Positions 27,431 to 36,021 of a stretch of DNA of 64,000 nucleotides are shown one piece after another (position 1 is the stretch's first letter; each line of letters opens with the position of its first letter). Both the position numbers and the translations under genes were made by a program. The stretch comes from an uncultured Lachnospiraceae bacterium. Lineage in GTDB: Bacteria; Bacillota; Clostridia; Lachnospirales; Lachnospiraceae. Below the pieces are notes generated by a model. The model worked only from the letters and a program-made list of their open reading frames with translations, made no database searches and was not told the origin of the DNA. The stretch spans positions 340-64,339 of the forward strand of contig OMTX01000138.1 of assembly GCA_900314085.1 (NCBI GenBank). Reading direction: 5' to 3'.

Positions 27431-28258
27431 TCAGATCCGGCATATTTTCCGGTAATCCTCTTCAAAGCCGCTGATGATGCGGGAAAGTTCCCTGTGGTAG
27501 GTCTCCCGGTCAGAATAATCCGAAGACATCCGGTCGACGCGGGAAGAAAAGTCCTGCACCGCCGGCCGGTTCATCGCTTCCTCCGCCCGCTTCTTCAGAC
27601 GCTGCTTTTCCTCAGCGCTCAGCAGGTACCGGTCTGCCTCGGAAGAAAAATTCTCCTCCTCCCCGTCAATGCAGAGGGTGACAAGGTAGGAGTATAGGGA
27701 CTCCCGGCTGCGGTTGGCCTCATAGGCGGAAAGGAAGCACTCCTCCGCTTCTTTAAAAAAGAAAAGATACGAGTAGCAGACGCCCAGGTTGTGGCGGATG
27801 TCACCCAGCAGGGGAAGGGCAATGTTTTCGGGATTTTCCAGGAGATACCCGTACTCGTACACGCTATCCACAATCCGCCCGCTCTGAAAAAGACGGTCCG
27901 CCCGCATCTTCCTGCATTCCGCCTCGGACTTGTTCTCGAAAGAAGAAAGCACAGAAAGGGTATCCCGCACTTCCTTCATCGTGAGATAGCCGTTTGCTGT
28001 CAGGATTTCCGCGACGAAATCCGTGAGCGTCGCATCATCGGAAATGAGGCGGCGCAGTCGGTCAGCCAGGTCCGATAGTCCCAGCTCTTTCTCAATCCAG
28101 TCCGCCAGCGAAGTGGACATAAAGTCATGGTTTAAAAGCCAGACATTGTGATAGATGTAATAGGACAGTTCCTCAACGGAATAGATGTTCAGGGACAGTT
28201 CGTCGATATAGTAGGGACTCGCCGCGACGCCGGAACAGGTTTTGATGAGTTCGCCCAT
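27431..28258 (-). CDS. Hypothetical helical (TPR-like?) protein
   Basis: 275 aa, all-helical composition. The ATG lies 3 nt after the upstream stop, with a GGAGAGAGAGG SD inside the upstream gene. Confidence 0.6.
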   Translation of the reverse strand: MGELIKTCSGVAASPYYIDELSLNIYSVEELSYYIYHNVWLLNHDFMSTSLADWIEKELGLSDLADRLRRLISDDATLTDFVAEILTANGYLTMKEVRDTLSVLSSFENKSEAECRKMRADRLFQSGRIVDSVYEYGYLLENPENIALPLLGDIRHNLGVCYSYLFFFKEAEECFLSAYEANRSRESLYSYLVTLCIDGEEENFSSEADRYLLSAEEKQRLKKRAEEAMNRPAVQDFSSRVDRMSSDYSDRETYHRELSRIISGFEEDYRKICRI

Positions 28259-28261
28259 AGC

Positions 28262-29578
28262 CTAGCCTCTCTCTCCGATCGTCGTTTCCCATGTCTTCTT
28301 GGTCTGGGGGGAAATCTCCCCGAAGCCCAGATCCCGGATGACGATCTTCACCTTCTGGTCAGATACGGGAACCGCTTCAATCCGAAGCCGTGTCGTCCGG
28401 TTTTCCCTTTTCGGCATGTCGTCAAGGGGAATCGTGAAGACCTCTCCCGTCCGTTCGTCCGGCTTCTGCAGCCAGCATTCGATTTCCGGAGAGCCGTCCA
28501 GTATGACCTCGCACTCTCCGTGGGCCTCGTACCAGCTGTCTCCTGCCGTAAGCAAGGTCACGAAACCCATTTCATTCCTGTCGAGAACCTTGAGGGAAAT
28601 ATTGACCTTGAGCTCATTGTCTCCGATGTAGACGAATGGCCAGTCGATATCCCCTCTCTCCACGATTCCTGCATAGCAGGCACCCTTGGAATAGAGGTTT
28701 TTCCCCATGAAAACCCGGCTCCCCTTCAGCATCCGCTGCAGGGAAATATTCATCCAGTTTCCCTCGAAGCCGCTTCCAATCAGGTAGACCGCGGAAATGG
28801 TATGGTCTTCGTAAATGCCGGAAAGGATATTGTCAAAGCAGAGGTCCCGGTTTTCCAGCATTTCCCCGTCCCCCGCACTCTCAAGGCTTACGGTTTCCGG
28901 CGTCGTGCTGCGGTTTCTCGTCAGCAGGCAGTGCATGATCCGTCCCCCGTCGTAGTCAAAAAGGAGGACGTCGCTCCGGTAAAGCTCGGGCTTCTGAGAC
29001 AGGGCATAATAATAAAAGCTCTCCGTCCTGTCTATGAGAAGCAGACAGTCCTGCTCGATGGAAAGGCGGCGGCAGACGGAAGAAAAGGTCTCGTGCAGAG
29101 CCTTTCCCGTATGCTCGGTACAGATGACCAGGCGGGAAAGAGGGCGTTTCTGAAAACCGATCAGGGGCAGCGTCAGAAGCTTCTTGAGGAAAACGGCCAG
29201 CAGGTCGCGGGCATCGTATTCCTCGGAATCCAGGTAGACCTTTTCCTCCCGCTCCGCCCTCTCCAGAAAGTCCGTGGCAGGAAGGGCCATGGAAAGGCGG
29301 ATCTGAGACAGGGCGTCGCTGCCGAAGAACCACTGGCCCAGCCCCTTCTTCTTCGCAAGAACCGTCGGAATCTGAAAGGAGTCCTCCCCCATGACTGTGC
29401 TGATGGTCTCCGGTTCCTCCATGCCCTCTACATAGTAGCTGACAAAAGTATATTCTCTTCCAATGTCGATGCCGACGATGACACCGTCTCTTTCATCTTC
29501 CATAGCAATCATTCCTGCTTTCCGCAGGCTGGGCAAAAAATGTGAAAAAGGGAACCGGGACGTCCGAAACCGGATCAC
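28262..29578 (-). CDS. Degenerate Hsp70/actin-fold ATPase-like protein with beta-sandwich C-terminal domain
   Basis: VIVGIDIGREYT (phosphate-1-like), VLLFDYDGGRI (phosphate-2-like), AVYLIGSGFEG (adenosine-motif-like), then a beta-rich C-terminus (KVNISLKVLDRNE...RLRIEAVPVSDQKVKIVIRDLGFG). The GTG start at 29578 overlaps the upstream stop (GTGA). Alternative ATG starts at 29512 and 29503. Confidence 0.6.
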   Translation of the reverse strand: MIRFRTSRFPFSHFLPSLRKAGMIAMEDERDGVIVGIDIGREYTFVSYYVEGMEEPETISTVMGEDSFQIPTVLAKKKGLGQWFFGSDALSQIRLSMALPATDFLERAEREEKVYLDSEEYDARDLLAVFLKKLLTLPLIGFQKRPLSRLVICTEHTGKALHETFSSVCRRLSIEQDCLLLIDRTESFYYYALSQKPELYRSDVLLFDYDGGRIMHCLLTRNRSTTPETVSLESAGDGEMLENRDLCFDNILSGIYEDHTISAVYLIGSGFEGNWMNISLQRMLKGSRVFMGKNLYSKGACYAGIVERGDIDWPFVYIGDNELKVNISLKVLDRNEMGFVTLLTAGDSWYEAHGECEVILDGSPEIECWLQKPDERTGEVFTIPLDDMPKRENRTTRLRIEAVPVSDQKVKIVIRDLGFGEISPQTKKTWETTIGERG

Positions 29579-32500
29579 CTCAGCGAGTAGAGTTCCCGGA
29601 CTGCCGAATCCAGGGCGGAAAAGCGCTTCATTCCGGAAAGCGTCTGCCGGTCATCCGAGAAATAGAGACCGGACCGCATGCGGTTGATGAGGCTGTAGCG
29701 GCTCTCCTGGCCTCCCGGAAATTCATCTGTACAGGAAATTTCGCCGGAATAGAGGACTGTCTCCGGTTCATCCCTGAGGCAGACCTCGTAGGAAACTTTG
29801 TCCCCAAAAAAGAGGACGAACTGGCAGACATAAATGCTGGGATACATCTCCACCATTTCCGCGTGAATTTCCCCCCTGTCCCCATTTCGAAGGCAGATGT
29901 CGATGCGCTGCCCCTCTTCCCCCTCGTAGGTGATGAAATACTTGTCATAGAGGTGAAAGCGGATCCGAAGGTCATCCGGGCACTGCCTGTAGAAGTCGAA
30001 GTAGAGATTCTTCCGGATGGCTTCCGACAGAAGCTTTGTCAGAAGCGCCTTTTCCTTCCCGGAAAGCGCATCCTTCCTGCAGAGAAATGAAAGCAGGCCG
30101 ACGAGACAGCTTTCATTCAGCTTCTCTCCCCTGTCATAGTAGGCCGTGAGGTGGCTGAAGACAGACGCCGGAACATCTTCCCGGTGCTTCAGGTAGGCAT
30201 GAGCCCAGTAGGTAATCCAGGCTTCCGCAATCATACGATTGGGATGGGCGGACAGGTAGTCCTCGAATATAGTTTCTGCTTCGTCCGGGAATTTTTCCGC
30301 ATAGAGCATTTCCGTCACGGTCCTCTCGGCCAGGTCGGCCGTCGGCAGGGACAGGGCATTCATGTGCTTCCAGATTTCCGCCATGACCTTTTCCGGTCCT
30401 ACATAGAAGTCTCCGAGGTAGGAAATCGTCGTCTCATTGTCCAGATACTGGCTCATGAGATACGCCGCCATGGATATGAGGAAATCATCCGGATTTGAGG
30501 GATTTTCCCCGATCTCATGTGTCACCAGGGAAAGCAGAGACCGGCCGGTCGCCCCAAGTCCGATATAGGACCGGAGCAGGGAATAGGCAGCCTCCGGATT
30601 TCCACCGATGGAAAAGAGGTCGATGCAGTAGCAGATGGTTCGCGTGTCGAGGCAGGAATAGTCTGTCTCCCTCAGGAGGTAGCGTTCAAAAACATCCTCC
30701 CGGAGGACTCTCCGCAGATATTGAATGAATAATGTAAAGCGCTCCGTTTTGTAGCAATAGCGGATATCCGGGCAGTCTAAGAAGGCGCCGACCGTATCGG
30801 CTGCATCCGGCCCGATTTCCTTTTCCGTTGTAATGTCATTCAGTTCATAGCGGAAATAGGGAAGAAGGTCTTTGGCTTCCTTCGTAAGCTTCGGCAGAAT
30901 CCGCGAGAGGTCCATCATCTCCCGCGTAAGGATGAAACCCTTTTCAGCTACATAGAGCCCGCCGTCGAGTTCGAGAAAGACACGGAAAGTCTTACAGGAT
31001 ATGGGGGCAAAAGCGGTATTTCGTATGACGGGAACATATACGGGCTCCTCCGAATCGTCCGTCACAATGACCGCCCTGCGCACATCCCCGATGCTGCAGG
31101 ATATCTGCACGGGAACGAGCAGGTCGGCAAAGGAAGCCGCCACGTCACTGTCAATGATTCCCCGGTCCAGCACATCCTGGTAAATGACCGCCAGATTGTC
31201 GTCGAGCCGCCGATGCCTCATCATCTCCAGGGCAAAGGTTTCAACGGTCTTCTTTGTCTCTTCATATACCGAAGGGCACTCCGCCTTGTGGGAAATCATA
31301 GAGGCGTAGACAAAAGCCTTTCGGTCAAAGCTGATGGTATTCGTATAGCCGAAGTAGCGGAGTACGTCCTCCGGCAGCGGCCTGGCATAATCCTCAGGAA
31401 GGCTCATCACATAGGCTTCGTAAAGCCCCGTCAGGGAAAGCCCGCTCTTGACGGCCAGGGCATACCAGGGCAGGGAGTCAGGCCCGTAGATGCTGTTTCT
31501 GAGCAGGTAGCGGAGGGCAGCGTCCAGAAGTTCCGGGGAAGGATTTGCCCCGTAGCACTTCCGGACAAGGAAGAAGACCTTTTTGTCAAAGACCTTCTCC
31601 CTGCCAAGCAGGGTGGCAAGCCGCATGGCGATATTCCCTGTCAGACGGTCCTTCCGGGCTCCCCAGGTCAGAATGCGGAGGGTAAAGGGATCGAATTCTT
31701 TGATGAGCAGTGGGTCCTTTTTCAAGACAGACAAGGCTTCCACATATAGAAACGGAGACGAGCAGCCGGCCATGACGAACTGCCGGATGTCGGAAAGCTC
31801 CTTCATTCCGTTTGACACATAGTCTTCCCGCAGGAAAAGGAGAAGCCAGAAGATGCGCACATCTCCCTCCCGCTCGCGGAAAATGCCCTCGACCTCTGCC
31901 GTCAGCCGGTCCACATAGGTCTTGTCCCGTTCGAGCAGGGTACAGAGGTAGAGGAGGTAGGCCCATTCAAAGGACTTGCGGTCGGGGATGTCCGCCCGCA
32001 GGTCTTCTACCATGGACAGGGCTTCTGCCTTCTTGCCATCCACGATGAGGACCTGGGTCCTGATCAGCTTTAAGAGCAGCTCCCTGTCCTCAGTACAAGC
32101 CCCCTCCATCGTATCAAGAACGGCAGCCGTTTTTCCCAGCCATTCATCCGCAGAGAACTTTCCGAAACGGTAATTGAGATAGCCTTCCGCCAGGGAAACT
32201 GAGCCCCTCAGGAGAATCCTCTCCGTATCATTCCGGTCATGGCCTGCGGACTTTCGGGTACACAGAAGTGTCAGCGTCTTCTCGTCATTGGTTCCGGAAA
32301 AGGTAATGCGGCAGTAGTTCTTTCCCGCATGCATGCGCTCCGGGTGGAGGAAAAAGCTGTACCTGCAGACACTGCCCACAAAGAAATCATTGGTCAGATC
32401 CGTCTGCCCCAGGGTAACGAAGTCACTATCACAGGAAACCCGGATTCTGAGATAGCCCCACGCGGACCGGGAAATTTCAATGGTCTTTCTCTCCGTCTCC

Positions 32501-33096
32501 TCTCCGACGGCATACGTCAGGGATGTCTCGGAAATTTCGAAGTGGACTCTTGCCTTAAGTCCCGCCCCCGTCAGAAATTCCTCCATATTGTCCGGCGTTT
32601 TCGGGAATAGGCGGTAGCCTCTGTAGAGAAGTTCAAACTCCTTCCCGCACCGTCCGGCGAAAGACGCAAAGGCATCCGAGGAAAAGAGCTCCATCGCAGC
32701 CGAAGGCTTTTTCCGGTAAAGATCTGCAAAGTCTTCGGGTGTTCGGATTTCTTCCCCTTCCGCAAGCAGTTTTTTGGGAACATAGGTAATCCGATAGGGA
32801 ATATCAAAGGTCTTTCCCTGGATGAGAATATAGAAATCCCCGGAAAGGACATCGCCGGCCCGGGCGCCTGCCATCGCGGCGGAAAAGCGGATAGCAATCT
32901 CAACTCCTTCAAAGGAAGGGTTCAAAACTGCAACATAGGGATTGGAAGAGAAAGCCATCCCACGGAGAACCGTGCCGTCAGTGGAAGAAAAGGAAAAAGT
33001 CCCGGAAAAAGGCTCCCGTTCCACGGCCGTGAGATCGATGGACTCCGTATCGAATTGTATGTGCTCCGGTGCCGGATCAAACCGGTCCTCGGACAT
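29575..33096 (-). CDS. Giant hypothetical protein (~1170 aa): N-terminal beta domains, ~750-aa alpha-helical repeat body, C-terminal beta domain
   Basis: Uninterrupted ORF with coding-like composition. ATG at 33096 is preferred over TTG at 33117. No nucleotide-binding or catalytic motif recognised. May correspond to a DUF5717-type family, but that is from memory and unverified. Confidence 0.65.
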   Translation of the reverse strand: MSEDRFDPAPEHIQFDTESIDLTAVEREPFSGTFSFSSTDGTVLRGMAFSSNPYVAVLNPSFEGVEIAIRFSAAMAGARAGDVLSGDFYILIQGKTFDIPYRITYVPKKLLAEGEEIRTPEDFADLYRKKPSAAMELFSSDAFASFAGRCGKEFELLYRGYRLFPKTPDNMEEFLTGAGLKARVHFEISETSLTYAVGEETERKTIEISRSAWGYLRIRVSCDSDFVTLGQTDLTNDFFVGSVCRYSFFLHPERMHAGKNYCRITFSGTNDEKTLTLLCTRKSAGHDRNDTERILLRGSVSLAEGYLNYRFGKFSADEWLGKTAAVLDTMEGACTEDRELLLKLIRTQVLIVDGKKAEALSMVEDLRADIPDRKSFEWAYLLYLCTLLERDKTYVDRLTAEVEGIFREREGDVRIFWLLLFLREDYVSNGMKELSDIRQFVMAGCSSPFLYVEALSVLKKDPLLIKEFDPFTLRILTWGARKDRLTGNIAMRLATLLGREKVFDKKVFFLVRKCYGANPSPELLDAALRYLLRNSIYGPDSLPWYALAVKSGLSLTGLYEAYVMSLPEDYARPLPEDVLRYFGYTNTISFDRKAFVYASMISHKAECPSVYEETKKTVETFALEMMRHRRLDDNLAVIYQDVLDRGIIDSDVAASFADLLVPVQISCSIGDVRRAVIVTDDSEEPVYVPVIRNTAFAPISCKTFRVFLELDGGLYVAEKGFILTREMMDLSRILPKLTKEAKDLLPYFRYELNDITTEKEIGPDAADTVGAFLDCPDIRYCYKTERFTLFIQYLRRVLREDVFERYLLRETDYSCLDTRTICYCIDLFSIGGNPEAAYSLLRSYIGLGATGRSLLSLVTHEIGENPSNPDDFLISMAAYLMSQYLDNETTISYLGDFYVGPEKVMAEIWKHMNALSLPTADLAERTVTEMLYAEKFPDEAETIFEDYLSAHPNRMIAEAWITYWAHAYLKHREDVPASVFSHLTAYYDRGEKLNESCLVGLLSFLCRKDALSGKEKALLTKLLSEAIRKNLYFDFYRQCPDDLRIRFHLYDKYFITYEGEEGQRIDICLRNGDRGEIHAEMVEMYPSIYVCQFVLFFGDKVSYEVCLRDEPETVLYSGEISCTDEFPGGQESRYSLINRMRSGLYFSDDRQTLSGMKRFSALDSAVRELYSLR

Positions 33097-33222
33097 CCGC
33101 CAGATCTTCCGTCTCAAGGGAACGCGCTCCTAAGTGAATATGCTATAATGAAAAAAGGCTATAATAATAAAGATTATAACTTATTTCTAAGGAAATTGGA
33201 AAACTTTTGGAGGACCAGGAAT

Positions 33223-34314
33223 ATGCCGGACATACAGGAACAGTTTCACGGATCTGACCTTGAAAAGATAGAAGCAGTATACCACATCCGGAAGGAAGAA
33301 ATCACCTCTTTTTCCGCGAATGTGAATCCTTTAGGCATCTCCCCTCTCCTCCGGACGAAGCTCGCCGAGAACATCGACTGCATCACGTCCTACCCGGACC
33401 GCAACTACACGGACCTGAAGGCGGCCATCGCGGATTATGCCGGTACCCGGCCGGAAAACATCCTGGTCGGCAACGGAACAACGGAACTCATTTCATTATT
33501 CATAGATATTGTATCCCCGAAAAAGGCGCAGATTCTCGGTCCCACCTATTCCGAATACGAGCGGTCCGTCTCCCTCTGCGGCGGGCGGACGACCTACTAT
33601 CCCCTGCAGGAAGCGGATGACTTCCGTCTGGATATCAAAGATTTCACAAAAGCCCTGACCGCGGATACGGACCTCCTCATCATCTGCTCCCCGAACAATC
33701 CGACGGGCACGGCTATCCGGCGGTCCGATATGCGGCGGATCCTCGACGTCTGCAAGGAGAAGGCCATCTTTGTGATGGTGGACGAGACGTACATAGAGTT
33801 TTCGGACGACGTCGAAGAATTCACGGCGATTCCGCTGACGGATTATTATAATAATCTTTTTGTCCTGCGTTCGACATCCAAGTTCTTCGCCTGCCCGGGC
33901 CTCCGCCTCGGCTATGCCGTCACAGGAAACCGCGATATGTTCTCTGACGTGAATCGGAAGAAGAACCCCTGGATGATCCACTCGCTCGCTGCGCTCGCGG
34001 GGCAGTACATGTTCCGCGACGAAGAATATATCTGCGCCACGCGGAGCCTCATTTCCGCAGAAAGAAAAAGGCTCTTTGAGATGTACTCAAAGAGCCCCCG
34101 CTTCAAGCCCTATAAGCCCGAAGGGAATTTCATGCTGATGCGGATAGAGGATGAAGGAACGAATGCCCACGCCCTCTTCGAAAAAGCCATCAAAGAAAAG
34201 ATGATGATTCGCGACTGCTCAAGCTTTCCCTTCCTCTCCGACCGCTACATAAGGATCTGCTTCATGAATCCGGCGGACAACGACAGGCTATACCGGTGCC
34301 TGACTGAGAGCTGA
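33223..34314 (+). CDS. PLP-dependent class I/II aminotransferase family (HisC / CobD threonine-phosphate decarboxylase-like)
   Basis: 363 aa from ATG 33223 (GGAGG SD). SANVNPLGISP...ILVGNGTTELI...RSTSKFFACPGLRLGY (PLP-lysine motif). Confidence 0.8.
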   Translation: MPDIQEQFHGSDLEKIEAVYHIRKEEITSFSANVNPLGISPLLRTKLAENIDCITSYPDRNYTDLKAAIADYAGTRPENILVGNGTTELISLFIDIVSPKKAQILGPTYSEYERSVSLCGGRTTYYPLQEADDFRLDIKDFTKALTADTDLLIICSPNNPTGTAIRRSDMRRILDVCKEKAIFVMVDETYIEFSDDVEEFTAIPLTDYYNNLFVLRSTSKFFACPGLRLGYAVTGNRDMFSDVNRKKNPWMIHSLAALAGQYMFRDEEYICATRSLISAERKRLFEMYSKSPRFKPYKPEGNFMLMRIEDEGTNAHALFEKAIKEKMMIRDCSSFPFLSDRYIRICFMNPADNDRLYRCLTES

Positions 34315-34331
34315 CAGCAAAGATTGGGGGA

Positions 34332-34352
34332 CTGTCGTTGACACAACGACAG
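34332..34352. terminator. Hairpin between convergent genes (no clear U-run)
   Basis: ctgtcgtt-gacac-aacgacag, an 8-bp perfect stem. Confidence 0.3.
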
Positions 34353-34397
34353 CAGGGAGCCACGGCAGGACTGTCCCCTCCAGAGCCTCCACATCAA

Positions 34398-35054
34398 CTA
34401 GTACAGCATCGCTCCGCCTTCGAAGTCGAAGTAGGAATTGAAATCGAAGTACACGACCTCCCCCGTCTCCTTGTCGCAGGTTCCTGCGTGAAGAAGCCCG
34501 CCCGGGGTTCCGGCTGCCTCATTCGGCGGGACAATCCGGAAAAGGAAGGTATAATTCTTCCCTGTCATCTGCAAGGTCTTGTCCAGCTTGACACAGAGCC
34601 GCTTCCACCCTGTCATGGGGAAGGAGACGCCGCAGAGCTTGTCGCAGGCCTTTTCAAACTGGGCCTGCACGGACTTTTCCTGACCTGTCCAGAAAGCGTC
34701 AGCTGCGTGAATTTCCTCCGGCGTGGAGATATTCCACTTGAACCTGGTCTTCCAGACCGTAATCAGGCCATCGCGATTCTCCGTGAAGAGGGGACGGCAG
34801 ACATAGTCGATGGAGCCGGGCACGATGAAGGAGTGCTGCCCGTCGTTGTCTCCCTTGGCAGCGACAATCGTTCCGCAGCAGTCCCGGACAAATTCGTCGT
34901 CCGTATCCGCCCCTTTCCTGTAGTTGAAAAGGATGAAGCCGTCCGCAGCCTTCACATCGATGTCCCGGGCATCGAAATCCTCCCGGATCTTTTCGATTGT
35001 AAGGTCGGAGCTTTCCGACAGGGCATTCAGATAGTCTTTGAGTACTGCAGCCAT
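34398..35054 (-). CDS. Hypothetical protein (218 aa)
   Basis: ATG 35054 with AAAGGGGG SD 7 nt upstream. Coding-like composition. No confident family assignment. Confidence 0.6.
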   Translation of the reverse strand: MAAVLKDYLNALSESSDLTIEKIREDFDARDIDVKAADGFILFNYRKGADTDDEFVRDCCGTIVAAKGDNDGQHSFIVPGSIDYVCRPLFTENRDGLITVWKTRFKWNISTPEEIHAADAFWTGQEKSVQAQFEKACDKLCGVSFPMTGWKRLCVKLDKTLQMTGKNYTFLFRIVPPNEAAGTPGGLLHAGTCDKETGEVVYFDFNSYFDFEGGAMLY

Positions 35055-35074
35055 AGCGCTACCCCCTTTTCCCA

Positions 35075-35083
35075 AGTATAGCA
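35075..35083 (-). promoter_or_regulatory. Candidate extended -10 promoter (TGcTATACT) for the 218-aa gene
   Basis: Minus strand reads tgctatact, about 20 nt upstream of ATG 35054. Confidence 0.3.
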
Positions 35084-35131
35084 TAAATATGCACGCAATG
35101 GGGAGAATTCACAGTCCTCCTTATTTGTAGT

Positions 35132-35967
35132 ACGGCCCTTTCACCGGCGGCTCCCTGCCTTGTTCTCAGAAAGGCCGTGCGGCAGCTCACTCCCTCAGGC
35201 CCTCCTCCCCGAATTATAAGGCACCTTGCAACAGCCTTCGAAAATGTGACTCAGCAAGAGCCGGCAGATCGGATCCCGCGGAAAAGAAGGGTACCCCGCC
35301 GGTCGCCAGGCGGTCTACGGACCGCTCGCGGCGCCCGTCAGGGCACGCCTTCTTTTTCCTGCTTACTCTTACATCAGGCCAGGCTCTTATGTACTCACAT
35401 TTTCTACAGGCGGGTTTGGCTTCTCAACGAATTTCCGTGACGGACCTTCAGGAGTATCGTGCCTTCGGCTTCCACGGAACCCTTGCTGACCGGCAGGAAC
35501 GCGCCGGGCTCCGGAACCTTTCGGGTGGAGACCATCCTTTCGTTTCACCGCAGTTTGAATATACATTCAGCAAAGTGTCCGGTGCTGCAGCCGGCGCGAG
35601 CCTGCCGATCAGCAAGGGTAGTATGGAAGCCGCAGGAATCCCCCTCGGAGGAGACCGGCCGGAAACCGCTCCTGCGGCCAAACTGCTCCGACACGCACGG
35701 CTTCGCAGGGCAGACGGTGTGGAAATCATACGGAAGCAGAGAAAAGTCCCTCATCGGACGCCGCGAGCGGTCCGTAGACCGCCAGGGCGACCGGGAGGGG
35801 CTTTTTTGCTGCGAACGAAATCCGTACGCACTGCCCGGAGAAGGCGTGAGCATACGGAGCATCAATTGCACCAAAGAGAAAATACAGTCAGAAGGCCGAT
35901 GGCCGAGGGGGTTCCGATACCGGCCTTTCTGAGAGGAAGGCAGACGAGCCGCCGGAGAAAGGGCCGT
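35132..35967. repeat. Giant imperfect inverted repeat (two ~415-nt arms symmetric about ~35549), non-coding
   Basis: Near-perfect complementary blocks at 35132-35177/35921-35967, 35299-35346/35746-35794 and 35465-35507/35591-35633. The intervening segments are of matching length with weaker complementarity. No RBS-preceded ORF. Confidence 0.85.
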
Positions 35968-35972
35968 GCCGC

Positions 35973-36002
35973 AAAAAAAGAGGGCTGTGTTGTTCACAGC
36001 CC
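35973..36002 (-). terminator. Rho-independent terminator of the nfnAB operon
   Basis: Minus strand reads gggctgtg-aacaa-cacagccc, then tc, then ttttttt. Confidence 0.75.
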
Positions 36003-36021
36003 CCTGATCCGATTTTCAGAT

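Noticed and set aside
34398-35054. Calling the 218-aa protein an RNA ligase
   Set aside because: The resemblance to T4 Rnl1 is limited to a short N-terminal stretch. The motif I lysine is absent, and motifs III-V could not be located.
35621-35662. B12-box-like string (ggaagccgcaggaatcc...ggaggagaccggcc) suggesting a cobalamin riboswitch
   Set aside because: The conserved GCCACUG element and the rest of the aptamer core are missing. No plus-strand gene lies downstream. The string is simply part of one palindrome arm, and its complement is in the other arm.
35132-35967. Whether the palindrome is a known housekeeping RNA (RNase P, tmRNA, SRP/4.5S, 6S) or a group II intron
   Set aside because: I could not find GGAAAGUCCGGGC / ACAGAA..GGCUUA (RNase P), a tag-reading frame with a UCCACCA end (tmRNA), the SRP domain IV GGAAGCAGCC context, or GUGYG with a domain V. 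Only short chance resemblances were seen (agaaaagtccc, cggaagcag). No RT or maturase ORF is present.
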